In this document: piece after piece, positions 18,998 through 29,500 of the stretch | How the letters are laid out: the number at the start of each line of letters is the position of its first letter | Numbering within the stretch: position 1 is the stretch's first letter | DNA from: Candidatus Woesebacteria bacterium GW2011_GWA1_39_21 | GTDB lineage: Bacteria > Patescibacteriota > Microgenomatia > UBA8517 | Length of the DNA: 64,000 nt | NCBI GenBank assembly: GCA_000993685.1 | Contig: LBWP01000004.1 | Location: 4,055 to 68,054, forward strand | Direction of reading: 5' to 3' | Program-made: the position numbers and the translations under genes | The notes under the pieces: generated by a model | Told to the model about the DNA's origin: nothing | The model's database searches: none | What the model saw: only the letters and a program-made list of their open reading frames with translations

Positions 18998-20953
18998 TCA
19001 ATTATTCTTCAAAACCAGATAAATTCTCAACAAACCAGCGCCAATTTTTTCCTGCTTCTCTATCTTAACACGGCCGATCTTACCCGTGTTGGCAACATGG
19101 GGACCTCCACAAAATTCCCTACTGAAAGCCTCATTCAGATTCTCACCAAGATAATAAACTTTGACGGTATCTGCGTATTTTTCATTGAAAGCGTGAATCG
19201 CTCCCGTCTTTAGAGCCTCCTCTTTGGGAAGAACTTCAAAGTTTACAGGTAGTTTTTCTGAAATAACTTTGTTTACCATGTCTTCAACTTCTTTCAGCTG
19301 CTCATCGGTTAGTTTCTCCGGATTGGGAAAGTCAAACCTCGACCTATCTTTTGTAATATTTTGTCCTTTTTGCACAACGTGCTCTCCCAAAATTTTTCGA
19401 AGCGATGCTAAAAGAAGATGTGTTGCAGTATGAAGTCTAACCACCTCGGGTGAATGGTCAGCGAGCCCTCCCTTAAATACACCAGCGGATAGTTTTCTGG
19501 ACAGATCTTGATGACGTTTAAAAGCTTCATCAAATTTATTTTTATCCAGAATTTTACCCTTCTCTGAAAAAATTTCTTGAGTTACTTCATATGGGAATCC
19601 ATAAGATTGATAAAGATCGAAGGCGTTTAATTCATTAAGTTGATCACCCTTGTAATCCTTAATAATTTTCAGCCCCTTTTGTAAAGTAACTCCAAATTTA
19701 TCCCTTTCTTCCTTTATCACCTTCAGAATCAGATCTCTTTTCGAACTCAAATCTAAGTAGGAATCCTTATAAGTTTCAATAACTGCATCGGCGATTTCAA
19801 TGTAACTTAAATCCCCTATTGTGGAAGTTACATCTCCTTTCAACTTTTGCATCTTAACCATTGATCTTCTCAATAACCTTCGTAGTAAGTAACCTTGCAT
19901 TTTATTCGACGGAAATACTCCTTCCGATATTAAAAATACAGAAGCCTTCATATGATCTGCAATAATTCTCATTAGCTCCATAAAACCATATTTTTCTTTA
20001 CCAGCATATTCTTCACCCGTGGTTTTTTCCACTGCTTCGATTACCTTGTTATACAAATCTGTTCTAAAAACATCAGGGGTCTTTTCTGTTGCTGCCGTTG
20101 TCCTTTCAAGACCTCCTCCAAAGTCAACATTTTTGTTTGGCAACTCTTCAAACGTGTCTTCACCTACTTTTTGAAACTGCATAAAAACAGAATTGCCAAT
20201 TTCCAAAAATCTCCCGCAATCGCAGTTTGGATGACACGGTTCATCTTTCCATTCAGATTTTTCATGAAATTTATATTTTTCACCAAAATCATAAAATACT
20301 TCAGAATCCGGTCCCCCAATCTCACCTACTGGCATTTGAGAAGGAGTCCCAGTTCGACTCCACCAATTTTTTTCAGCACCATAATAAAATATTCTTCCAT
20401 TTTTAATATCAGGTTTTTTGTTTCCAATGTTGGCCGTTTTTGCGTCGATACCTTTATCTCTAAAGAGACCTGACCAAATACTCATCGACTCAACATCAGG
20501 TCCAAGCGACTGGGTTACTTTTCCACTAACTCTAACGTGTTCGTCACCAGCAAAAACAGAAATATAAAGATTATTTGGATCAAGTCCTAAACCTTCTTTG
20601 TCGTCCGTTAAAAATTCAAAAAACCAGGAAATCTGTTCTTTTTTAAAATAATCTCCCAAACTCCAATTGCCAAGCATTTCAAAAAACGTCGTATGGCGGT
20701 TGTCTCCGACTTCTTCGATGTCACCGAGTCTTATTGAAGGTTGTGAATCAACTAATCTTTTTACAACTTTGCCCCCCTCATCTTTATATGACTCACCCAT
20801 CAAGTAAGGAACCAACGGCTGCATTCCTGAAGATGTAAACAGGGTTGTTGGGTCGTCTTCCAAAACTAAAGGCGCTGGAGAAATTTCGGTATGCTTTCTC
20901 AGAGAAGCTTTAAAAAAATTTATATACTTTTGTCGAACCTCGCTTGCCTTCAT
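18998..20953 (-). CDS. alaS: Alanine--tRNA ligase (short form without C-Ala)
   Basis: TLFTSSGMQP, RHTTFFEMLGNWS, VDFGGGLER, editing motifs HTATH and CGGPH. Confidence 0.97.
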   Translation of the reverse strand: MKASEVRQKYINFFKASLRKHTEISPAPLVLEDDPTTLFTSSGMQPLVPYLMGESYKDEGGKVVKRLVDSQPSIRLGDIEEVGDNRHTTFFEMLGNWSLGDYFKKEQISWFFEFLTDDKEGLGLDPNNLYISVFAGDEHVRVSGKVTQSLGPDVESMSIWSGLFRDKGIDAKTANIGNKKPDIKNGRIFYYGAEKNWWSRTGTPSQMPVGEIGGPDSEVFYDFGEKYKFHEKSEWKDEPCHPNCDCGRFLEIGNSVFMQFQKVGEDTFEELPNKNVDFGGGLERTTAATEKTPDVFRTDLYNKVIEAVEKTTGEEYAGKEKYGFMELMRIIADHMKASVFLISEGVFPSNKMQGYLLRRLLRRSMVKMQKLKGDVTSTIGDLSYIEIADAVIETYKDSYLDLSSKRDLILKVIKEERDKFGVTLQKGLKIIKDYKGDQLNELNAFDLYQSYGFPYEVTQEIFSEKGKILDKNKFDEAFKRHQDLSRKLSAGVFKGGLADHSPEVVRLHTATHLLLASLRKILGEHVVQKGQNITKDRSRFDFPNPEKLTDEQLKEVEDMVNKVISEKLPVNFEVLPKEEALKTGAIHAFNEKYADTVKVYYLGENLNEAFSREFCGGPHVANTGKIGRVKIEKQEKIGAGLLRIYLVLKNN

Positions 20954-21070
20954 GAACTTAAATTATAGCCTCATTTTCCCTTTGAATCTACACTAATACG
21001 CCACGTGTTTAAAAGCGGTATAAAATAATAACTTAGACAAACAACGAAGTACAAACTAGCACAATGAGTC

Positions 21071-21286
21071 TTACTTCTTCCCCTTTTTAAAAAGCTCTAA
21101 AATTCCTGATAATTTTTCGGTTCGAATAAGGCCGCCGCCCAAGATTGAGTCGTCCAGAATCGTATTCACTTTCTTAACTCCTTTTCGCAAGTCAAGAAAT
21201 AAAAGAAGAACCTGTATGCCAACGGCGATAAGAAGTAAAGTCAAAACAATTACAACGATGATTAATAACGTTTGAATTCCTTGCAT
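21071..21286 (-). CDS. Small single-TM hypothetical protein
   Basis: ATG at 21286 (MQGIQTLLIIVVIV...), long hydrophobic helix followed by a short basic region. Confidence 0.7.
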   Translation of the reverse strand: MQGIQTLLIIVVIVLTLLLIAVGIQVLLLFLDLRKGVKKVNTILDDSILGGGLIRTEKLSGILELFKKGKK

Positions 21287-21360
21287 ATTAATAATTTCCC
21301 GTTTAATTAAGCAACCTGATAAATTCAAGAAACGGTATCTAAAAAGCTTTTAAACAAACT

Positions 21361-21993
21361 TCACTCATCTTTAAGAAAAATATTTCTCACAACTTCAGTT
21401 TCTTTCCCGTACCTCGACCTCGCAACAAATATAATTTGCTTTGTATCTTGCCCCACTTCTATCTTATCAAAAAATTCCCCTGCTTCCGAAACCAAAATCT
21501 TTTGGTTATTAACACTTAAAGTAGCATCAGAATCTGTTTCACCAGAAATAAATATTTCTCCAACCTTCACAGGTTGGTTGTCTGTCGGTTGTTTAACAAT
21601 TAGCTTCGGTGGAGAAATATATTGCAAATACTGATAAAGTAGATATCCCAAAAACGCCAGCACGACCAATATAGTTGAAACTATAGCAACTATCCGTGGG
21701 CTGAGGGTAGACTTCAACTTCAAATCCGGTTTTGGGTTAATGAGGATTTTTTTTCTATCGAATGGATAGTCACGTCGAAGATGTGCAATAGCTATGTTTT
21801 CAGGTATTTCAAGTGTTTGTGCGATTGTTTTTATAAATCCAGAAACTACTGGATACTCCGGTAAGTTTCCCCACTGTCCGGTTTCAATCGAAACGATAAA
21901 TTGTTTTTTTATTTTTGTCTCTTTCTCCATTTGAGAAAGAGTGAACTTCCGCTTCAGTCTTTCTCCCTTTAAAAACTCTCCAATTTTTCTCAT
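21361..21993 (-). CDS. RodZ-like HTH membrane protein with C-terminal Ig-like domain
   Basis: IGEFLKGER HTH, IETG.W..LP, TM, SPPKL Ig-like fold; downstream of ftsK. Confidence 0.85.
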   Translation of the reverse strand: MRKIGEFLKGERLKRKFTLSQMEKETKIKKQFIVSIETGQWGNLPEYPVVSGFIKTIAQTLEIPENIAIAHLRRDYPFDRKKILINPKPDLKLKSTLSPRIVAIVSTILVVLAFLGYLLYQYLQYISPPKLIVKQPTDNQPVKVGEIFISGETDSDATLSVNNQKILVSEAGEFFDKIEVGQDTKQIIFVARSRYGKETEVVRNIFLKDE

Positions 21994-22115
21994 GAGTTGT
22001 TATTGTAAATACTTTTTACCTATCTTTAGCCAAGTTTAGTAGCCAAATATTTTGTTAAAACCCACAACTACTTGACCAAGTAATAACAGTTATTAAAAAT
22101 TTTCTACGAAGCTCG

Positions 22116-24263
22116 TCAAACCGGCGATCCTTCTTCTTTTTTCGTAAAGATCTCCTCCGGGCTTCTAATCAAAACTTCTCTACCCTTTGAAGTATTATCC
22201 GTTGCTGGCGCGATTACACCTGCACTTTCAAGTTGGTCCATAATTCTCGCCGCCCTGGCGTAACCAACAGATAGCCTTCTTTGTAACATCGACGCCGAGG
22301 CTTTATCAAATTGGCACACCAACTCAACAGCTTTCTCGAAATGTTCATCAACGTCACCTTCGAGACCGGCAATTGCCATTACATTGTCCTTCGCGGTTGA
22401 GGTAACCTCTTCTGTGTACTGGGGAACAACTCCTTGATTTTTAACAAATGAGACCAATGAGTTAATGTCCCTATCTGAAACAAATGCTCCTTGAATTCTC
22501 ATTGGTTTCGCCTGTTCTGGAGGCAAATATAACATGTCTCCCCTTCCTAACAGTTTTTCTGCACCTTGGGTGTCCAAAATTACCCTCGAATCAACTTGAG
22601 AAGAAACGGCAAAAGAAATTCGACATGGAATATTCGCTTTGATTAGTCCGGTGATAATATTCACACTCGGCCGCTGGGTTGCTAAAACCATGTGAATTCC
22701 GGTTGCGCGGCTCATCTGGGCAATTCTGGTAATCGTATCTTCAACTTCAACCGGCGAAAGAAGCATAATATCTGCCAACTCATCGATCAAAAGGACAATG
22801 TATGGCATCGCCTGAAATCCTGACATTTCGTTGTATGCGTCAATGTTTCTCGCCCCCGCTTCAGCGAAAAGCTTATAACGGCGGTCCATTTCATTCATTA
22901 GCCATTTAAGTGCTGCCACCACTTTGTTTGGTTCGATAATTACAGGAGAGAGCAAGTGGGGAATGTCGTTATAGTTTGTCATCTCGACTCGCTTGGGATC
23001 TACTAAAATCAACTTGAGCTCTGAAGGCGAAGCCCTAAAAAGGAGTGTCGATAAGAATGCATTGATACAAATAGACTTTCCAGAACCCGTCTGTCCTGCA
23101 ATCAACACATGCGGCATCCTCGAAAGGTCAGCAACAATCGGCTTTCCGGATACGTCCAGACCCAAAGAAACAGCCAGTTTACTTTTGTGACTCTTCATTA
23201 CGTCGGATTCCAGCATCTTCCGTAGAGGTACAAATTCGGGAGTAATATTAGGAAGTTCAATCCCCACAAGCGACCTTCCAGGAATTGGGGCCTCAATTCT
23301 AATCGTCCCAGTTGGGGCCGCCAAGGCAAGTGCTAAATCTCTTTCCAAAGCAGTAATTTTTGAAAGTTTCGTTCCAAGTGCCACTTCCAAAGCATATTGT
23401 GTAACCGCAGGGCCAAGATTGACCTCAACGACGCGTGCAGCGATACCGAAAGATTCCAAAGTTTGTTCAATAGTTGCGGCGTTATTTTTAATATCGCCGC
23501 GATTTGCTTTGCCCCCACCACCGTCGGTAAAAACCGATACCGGTGGATATCTCCAAACCCTCTCTTCACCAGGGCTGTTTGTAATTGTTTTTTGCATTGC
23601 CGGCTGCGGATCAAAAATGTCGGTCTTTCCAGAAACGTTTTTTGGCTGATTGATAGAAAGATCAACATCAGAGCCAAAGGCAGGTTTGTCACCAGAAACT
23701 TTTAAGTCTAGTTTTTGACCGCCTTTAAACACTCCCCCCAACAGCGGTTTTTTTCCCGACATTTTACCTCTTACACCATATTTCCTAAAAGCCTCCCTTA
23801 AAAACATATAAACCTGGTCGATCGAGGTGTTAAAAAGAATTACCAGCCCAACAAAACTTGTTCCAAAAAGGACGATAAAAGCGCCTGCGTCAGTAATCAA
23901 AGAAGATATTCCTCTCCAACCATTCATCCCAACCTTTCCCGCTTTCGTTAAAAAAACAACCGAGATGAAGAAAAGCAAAAATCCTACAACAACATTGGGT
24001 TGACTTAAGGGGATCCGCAGTCGGGAAACCAAAAGCCCGAAAGAAATTAGCAAAAACGGGAGAAAAATCGCACCCCAAGAAAAAAGACCTGTTAGAAGCT
24101 CGTTTATTTTATAAAGAATTACCCCGTTCCTCGTAAACGAGACTAAAATTAGTCCAGCCAGGACATAAAATGTAATTTGTGCAATCGAATATAACGTCGC
24201 CGGTTTAAGCTTTAACTTAAACGCTTTTTTTGATTTTGTCTTGTGATGTCTCCTTTTACTCAT
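22116..24263 (-). CDS. ftsK: DNA translocase FtsK
   Basis: N-terminal TMs, RIEAPIPG, MPHVLIAGQTGSGKS, IDELAD, ATQRPS, gamma domain LQRRLSVGYARAAR. Confidence 0.97.
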   Translation of the reverse strand: MSKRRHHKTKSKKAFKLKLKPATLYSIAQITFYVLAGLILVSFTRNGVILYKINELLTGLFSWGAIFLPFLLISFGLLVSRLRIPLSQPNVVVGFLLFFISVVFLTKAGKVGMNGWRGISSLITDAGAFIVLFGTSFVGLVILFNTSIDQVYMFLREAFRKYGVRGKMSGKKPLLGGVFKGGQKLDLKVSGDKPAFGSDVDLSINQPKNVSGKTDIFDPQPAMQKTITNSPGEERVWRYPPVSVFTDGGGGKANRGDIKNNAATIEQTLESFGIAARVVEVNLGPAVTQYALEVALGTKLSKITALERDLALALAAPTGTIRIEAPIPGRSLVGIELPNITPEFVPLRKMLESDVMKSHKSKLAVSLGLDVSGKPIVADLSRMPHVLIAGQTGSGKSICINAFLSTLLFRASPSELKLILVDPKRVEMTNYNDIPHLLSPVIIEPNKVVAALKWLMNEMDRRYKLFAEAGARNIDAYNEMSGFQAMPYIVLLIDELADIMLLSPVEVEDTITRIAQMSRATGIHMVLATQRPSVNIITGLIKANIPCRISFAVSSQVDSRVILDTQGAEKLLGRGDMLYLPPEQAKPMRIQGAFVSDRDINSLVSFVKNQGVVPQYTEEVTSTAKDNVMAIAGLEGDVDEHFEKAVELVCQFDKASASMLQRRLSVGYARAARIMDQLESAGVIAPATDNTSKGREVLIRSPEEIFTKKEEGSPV

Positions 24264-24321
24264 ACTTTCATTATACCTAAAACGACCAGCTTTAAAAATA
24301 GAAAAACCAATCTATGAATAA

Positions 24322-24744
24322 TTATGGGGTAGAAAGCTTCTGCTTTAAGCTTTGGTATAAAGATTCGTGTTGAGCCTGAACTTCATTGACACTTTTAACA
24401 AAAGAGTTGTAATTTTCTTCAATTTTCTTTCCTGACTCTACTTCTTCTTTATCCAGTTGTTCATCGCCACTTTTCTGAATTTCTTCGGCGTCTTTAAGAA
24501 ACTCCTCCTGCAAAACCAGAAGTTTTTGATAATATTCATTCTTCATTTTCTGATATGTTTCAGGGTCCGTTTGTTTCACTACAAATTCCAAATTGTCTTC
24601 AAACTTTTTTATTTCTTCGTAGACTGAAACCAATTTTGTCACACTCTCGTCGCTTGATTTTTCAACAAACTCTAACGCCTGCTTATCGCTTAATGGTACT
24701 TTCATTATTTTGATCAGTTGTATTAAACGTTTTTTATTGTCCAT
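24322..24744 (-). CDS. Hypothetical helical protein
   Basis: 140-aa E/K-rich ORF co-oriented with its neighbours. Confidence 0.7.
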   Translation of the reverse strand: MDNKKRLIQLIKIMKVPLSDKQALEFVEKSSDESVTKLVSVYEEIKKFEDNLEFVVKQTDPETYQKMKNEYYQKLLVLQEEFLKDAEEIQKSGDEQLDKEEVESGKKIEENYNSFVKSVNEVQAQHESLYQSLKQKLSTP

Positions 24745-24763
24745 TATTTAAAATTCTTGTATA

Positions 24764-26923
24764 TCAACTATTTAATATCGTCCGAATTCCCTGAATATTA
24801 CTTTTTAACACCGCGAGTTGACCTTGAATCGCACTATAATCTTCAATATTGCCTTTACTATTCATAGATTCAAAAAGTACATTAATGATAGATTTATAAG
24901 TACCAAAAGCGTGATCTTTTTCTGGTGTTATTTTATTTTGTTCTCGTAAATTTTCGATTTCGCCGCTTACTGAATCGTACTCCTGCCTAAGTGTTTCTGC
25001 TTGACGTAAAAGTTCCTCTTCCACCTTTTCTCTTTTGATCTGATCAGTAGTTACAGTCTCCTCCTTATTACCTTGCTCTGAAACCTGTCTTGCTTTTGAG
25101 GGTAGGTTGACAATAGTAGCTTCGGAAACAGAGCCATTCTCTTTCGGATTTTTATCTTCTCTGACTCCCACTACTTCCGGATTTTGTACTTCATCTTTTA
25201 ATACTGCCTCTGGATTTTTTACTGCTGGTTCTTGCACTTTTCCAATCAGATTTAGACGTTTCTCTAAATCCTCTTGAAACACTCTAAATAAAGGATTGTC
25301 TTTGTTTGTCTCTCTGATTTCCTCAATTTTTGCTTTCAAATTTTCAGCCGACACCACCTCGATATCTGCCACTCGTGCTTCAACTTCCGCTTTCATATCT
25401 CTTCCCGTTATTTCAGCGGCCACACCAGTTACCCCAACTATCGCTTTCGCTCCTAATTCTTTCCTCTTTGTATACAAAATCACCTTACTTTCCTGCCAAT
25501 GGATATTGGTCTCATGAATCGCTTCAAACAGGACTGATTCTGCACTAAAAATTGCGCTTTTAGTTTCTGCGTTTATCCGAAGTGTTTTATCTCTTACACT
25601 GCTGGCAAAGTCGGAGATATTTTCTTTTGCCGATCTGGTATGATCCCTAGCCTCCGAAAAAAAAGCCTCATCAATATCTTTTAACACTTCCACAGAATAA
25701 TCCTTTCCTGACTTTAGACCGTAATCAATTTTATCAACAGAGTCGGTAACACCCTTTTTTAATTTTTCTCCCAACAAAGACCCGTGAGAGTTCAACCATT
25801 CTTTTCCAACATTAAATAGATTACCGAGTGCCCTACCCCTATCCTCACCTTTGACAAAGCTATCTAATACTTCATCCCAAGTTTTTCCCCACCCTGATTT
25901 TGCCTCGTCCAATCTTTGTTCGGCCAGAGAAACATTAGCTTGAGTAATCAAAGCTTTTCTCTCTAATTGAAGTTCGTTGATCTGCGAAACCATCTGACAA
26001 ACATCCCACGGTTCAGAATTTAAGTTCTTTTCCAATTTCTGTCTTAAATTGGAAATTCTTTGATCAACCTCCGCGATGGGTTTAAAGGTATCATTTTTCC
26101 TTTTCTCACCCATTCTACCCATCAAATCTTTTTTATCTTGATCATCAGAAAATCCATCTTTGTATCTATCAGCACTTGCATTGATCAAACCTGCTTGTTC
26201 GTCTTCACTAAGCTGGTTAAATTTCCTGAGATTAACTGACTCTGTAACATTTTCTTTAAATTGAATATCTTCTCTTAATTGCTCACCTAAATCTTCTCTA
26301 CCAATTGACGCGGAGCCTCTCTCAACAACATGAAGCAGTTTTTTAGATAGTCCCTCAACCTTATACGAAGCATTTCTGATTTCGGCTCGCGAAAGTTCCT
26401 CTCGATTCGTCTTTTTACCTAAATCCTCTTTCGCACCATGAAGCTCAACCAAAGATCCCACGTAACTATCGATAAATTTATCGGCGAGTTTTTCGGCAAG
26501 TCCTGAATAATCCTGAGTAATTTTTTCTCTTAACAAATGTTGTCTTTCTTCAGAAGAATTTCCGGATGAAATTTCTTTCGGTTCAATTTCATATCTTTTC
26601 ATCCCCAATCGCTTATATAAAACATCCATTGATACAACAGCTTTGTTTGCCTCTGAAGGATTGTTTATATTTTCAACAGAATTTCCTGCATTTATATATA
26701 AAATCGAGATGTCACCAACATTGGGGTCTTTCAGAGAACCCAGGTATGCATCGTACAATTTCTTCCCCACTGCATCTTCTCCGCTTTTTATTTTGTCTAC
26801 CGCTTCTTTTTTTAAATTATTAAAACGCTCCTCCTCTTGTCTTCTTTCAGCTCCATTTTCCCTTTTCTGTCCTGATACATTTAAACCCGGCTGTACTTGT
26901 GAAGTTTCTGATAAAGGTTCCAT
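24764..26923 (-). CDS. Large hypothetical coiled-coil protein
   Basis: 719-aa ORF, charged and helical, no recognisable motif. Confidence 0.8.
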   Translation of the reverse strand: MEPLSETSQVQPGLNVSGQKRENGAERRQEEERFNNLKKEAVDKIKSGEDAVGKKLYDAYLGSLKDPNVGDISILYINAGNSVENINNPSEANKAVVSMDVLYKRLGMKRYEIEPKEISSGNSSEERQHLLREKITQDYSGLAEKLADKFIDSYVGSLVELHGAKEDLGKKTNREELSRAEIRNASYKVEGLSKKLLHVVERGSASIGREDLGEQLREDIQFKENVTESVNLRKFNQLSEDEQAGLINASADRYKDGFSDDQDKKDLMGRMGEKRKNDTFKPIAEVDQRISNLRQKLEKNLNSEPWDVCQMVSQINELQLERKALITQANVSLAEQRLDEAKSGWGKTWDEVLDSFVKGEDRGRALGNLFNVGKEWLNSHGSLLGEKLKKGVTDSVDKIDYGLKSGKDYSVEVLKDIDEAFFSEARDHTRSAKENISDFASSVRDKTLRINAETKSAIFSAESVLFEAIHETNIHWQESKVILYTKRKELGAKAIVGVTGVAAEITGRDMKAEVEARVADIEVVSAENLKAKIEEIRETNKDNPLFRVFQEDLEKRLNLIGKVQEPAVKNPEAVLKDEVQNPEVVGVREDKNPKENGSVSEATIVNLPSKARQVSEQGNKEETVTTDQIKREKVEEELLRQAETLRQEYDSVSGEIENLREQNKITPEKDHAFGTYKSIINVLFESMNSKGNIEDYSAIQGQLAVLKSNIQGIRTILNS

Positions 26924-27026
26924 GGTTTATATTTATCTACTATCATATTAATATAAAATGCATCTGAAGGCGAGAACACTGCTCAGTAACTCACAACCGC
27001 TTCATTTCCAAACAACTAAATAATTT

Positions 27027-28673
27027 TTAAACCTCGACGATTAGGGGAAGAATCATCGGGCGACGCCCCGTTTTTTGAAAGAAGAATTTCTCCAAATAAT
27101 CTTTGGCAACTTTTTGCGCTACTTTTTTATCAACTTTGCCGTTTTTTTCAATCTGACGACTTAATCTTCTTTTCGCATTCTCTAAAAGCGGCTGTTCTAT
27201 CTTCTCAAAAACAAAGCCCCTACTGATAATTTCGGGTTCTCCTTTTAATTTATGATCGCTGCCAATTTTAATTAAAACTGCAGCAAAACCCTCGCTGCCC
27301 AAAATTGTACGGTCGCCAAGTACTACTTTACCAATATCGCCAATTCCCAGTCCATGAACCAGCACTTCTTTTGTGCCAATTCTATCTCCCTGCCTTGCTG
27401 AGCCATTCTGAAAATTTACATTGTCTCCCGGTTTTAAGATAAAAACCTTACTATCATCCCCACTGGTTCTGGCAACTAATTTCTTATAAGCATGCATAAA
27501 ACGAATCGACCCGCCAATCGGAATAAAATACTTCGGTTTCACTAAGTTAAACATGGCAACAATATCTTCCTGACTACCATGTCCTGACACATACAAATCT
27601 TCGTTCAAATCGTAATAATGTACGTCTACTCCTTTATCAATCAGTTTATCAATCACATAATCCTCGCTTTCTTTTGAATAAGGAGGAGCCGGATCTGCCG
27701 AAAAAATCAACATGTCACCCTGGGCAACTTCTAACTTCTCATGTTTACCTTCTGCAATTCTGTAAAGCGAACTTCCTACTTGCCCATAACAACCTGAAAC
27801 AATGTAGGTAATTTTATTTCTTTGGTAGTCATAAGATTCGTCAATACTTATTACAAGATTCTTATCATACTGAATATATCCCAGTAAATGCGCTGACTCG
27901 ACCTTCTTCTGAATCGACCTGCCGACAAAAACTACTTTTCTCCCCAGGCGCGAGGAAACATTTACCATTTGCTGAAATCTCCCAATGTTTGACGAAATCG
28001 CGGTCATTAGAAGCGCTTCTTTAGCCTCCTTAGCAACGTTATAGATGTTGTCTTCAAGATAAAGCTCTCCTTTAGTATACCCAGGTTTATTTGCCCCCAA
28101 ACAGTCCGACGCCAAACACAATACCTCGCGATCTGCAAGCTGTTTAATCTTAGCCGCATCAATTCCCCTTCCGCCAACCGGATTTTCATCCATTTTATGC
28201 TCAGGAACATGGAAAAATCTCCCTTCAGGTGTGTCGATTGCAAAACCGCACGAATCGGGGACAGAATGTGTAATCCTAAAAGGATGAAAAACAAAAGCTC
28301 CAACTTCAAACTGACTACTGTCGGGATCAAAAGTATTAATCTTTACACCTTCTACACCATATTCATTGAATTTATCTTTCAGAAATTCAGCCACAAGCGG
28401 TGCCGCCCAAACAGGAACGGAAACACTTCTTAGCAAAAAGGGCAAAGCTCCAATATGATCCTCATGCCCCTGGGAAACAACAACCCCTACAAGTTTCTCC
28501 TTATTTTTAACGATGTAAGAAAAGTCGGGTATCACCAGATCAACACCCGGCATTTCAAGATCAGGAAAACCAACCCCGCAGTCGACAACAACCATCTTTC
28601 CCTCCGATTCATAAACATAGAGGTTTTCCGTGACGCTCACTGTTCCAGACAAAGCAATAAACTTTAATGACAT
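27027..28673 (-). CDS. rnj: Ribonuclease J family protein (degenerate metal site)
   Basis: VVDCGVGFP, QGHEDHIG, THSVPD, SSNIGR, VSGH, SRGFVF, TGRRPMILP. Confidence 0.92.
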   Translation of the reverse strand: MSLKFIALSGTVSVTENLYVYESEGKMVVVDCGVGFPDLEMPGVDLVIPDFSYIVKNKEKLVGVVVSQGHEDHIGALPFLLRSVSVPVWAAPLVAEFLKDKFNEYGVEGVKINTFDPDSSQFEVGAFVFHPFRITHSVPDSCGFAIDTPEGRFFHVPEHKMDENPVGGRGIDAAKIKQLADREVLCLASDCLGANKPGYTKGELYLEDNIYNVAKEAKEALLMTAISSNIGRFQQMVNVSSRLGRKVVFVGRSIQKKVESAHLLGYIQYDKNLVISIDESYDYQRNKITYIVSGCYGQVGSSLYRIAEGKHEKLEVAQGDMLIFSADPAPPYSKESEDYVIDKLIDKGVDVHYYDLNEDLYVSGHGSQEDIVAMFNLVKPKYFIPIGGSIRFMHAYKKLVARTSGDDSKVFILKPGDNVNFQNGSARQGDRIGTKEVLVHGLGIGDIGKVVLGDRTILGSEGFAAVLIKIGSDHKLKGEPEIISRGFVFEKIEQPLLENAKRRLSRQIEKNGKVDKKVAQKVAKDYLEKFFFQKTGRRPMILPLIVEV

Positions 28674-28701
28674 ATTTTTACTAAAACAATAGAAAAAACT
28701 T

Positions 28702-29343
28702 TCAAATTAGATGCATTTGTTCAATCTCATCCTTAACTTTAGTTTTGTCGGTTTCAACTTCGATATTACTACTATCGGCCTTTTCTAATATAGCAGGTAA
28801 TTTTTCAAAATCCATCGTAAACTTCAATTTAACTTCGCCACTGCGCAGTGCCGCTGCAGGATGATACATTGGCACGACAATCTTACTTTTACCTTTCCAG
28901 TCAACCACTCTTTCCTTTCCGTGCACACTGGAAATAAAAACACCCGGAATGAACTTCGCCATCGAAAATCTCCCTAAAGTTACAATTACTTTCGGATCGA
29001 TAATATCAATCATTTCGTCTAAATATCTTTGGAAAGCTTTTATTTCAAAATCGGTTGGGTCTCTATTTTCCGGAGGACGGAAATGAACAACATTGGTGAT
29101 AAAAATGTCTTTTCTCTGAAGACCAATCCTAGTGAGAAGTTGGTTGAGAAACGCTCCAGCATTCCCAACAAAAGGAATCCCCTTGACATCTTCCCAGTAT
29201 CCAGGGCCTTCACCGATAAAAAGTAGCTCCGAATCTGGATTTCCATCACCAAAGACAAGCTGCGTTGCCCCCTCACGTAAAGGAAGGGTATCATCCTTTT
29301 CCATTTTTGCTTTCAGTTCATCTAGAAGTTTTTGTTTATCCAT
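28702..29343 (-). CDS. Uracil-DNA glycosylase family 4-like
   Basis: FIGEGPG, PFVG.AG, ITNVV..RPP.NR.P, TLGRF, YHPAA. ATG at 29343. Confidence 0.92.
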   Translation of the reverse strand: MDKQKLLDELKAKMEKDDTLPLREGATQLVFGDGNPDSELLFIGEGPGYWEDVKGIPFVGNAGAFLNQLLTRIGLQRKDIFITNVVHFRPPENRDPTDFEIKAFQRYLDEMIDIIDPKVIVTLGRFSMAKFIPGVFISSVHGKERVVDWKGKSKIVVPMYHPAAALRSGEVKLKFTMDFEKLPAILEKADSSNIEVETDKTKVKDEIEQMHLI

Positions 29344-29380
29344 AAGGACTCGAATTTGTAACTTAATACTCCAACTACTC

Positions 29381-29498
29381 AATAAACTACCGAGGGCTAA
29401 AAGCCCTTGGTATTCTCGCCCCTCAGGCTCAACAAGTTTATTCGCTGCTTCGCTTCATCCGTGGACTGAGACCACGGTTTTCGCGAAGTTTGAATAGA
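29381..29498 (+). mobile_element. Two-hairpin repeat element, copy D (empty, no nested module)
   Basis: AATAAACTACCGAGGGC-TAAAA-GCCCTTGGT-ATTCTCGCC...CAAGTTTATTCGCTGCTTCGCTTCA-TCCGTGG..CCACGG-TTTTCGCGAAGTTTGAATAGA. Confidence 0.85.
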
Positions 29499-29500
29499 CA

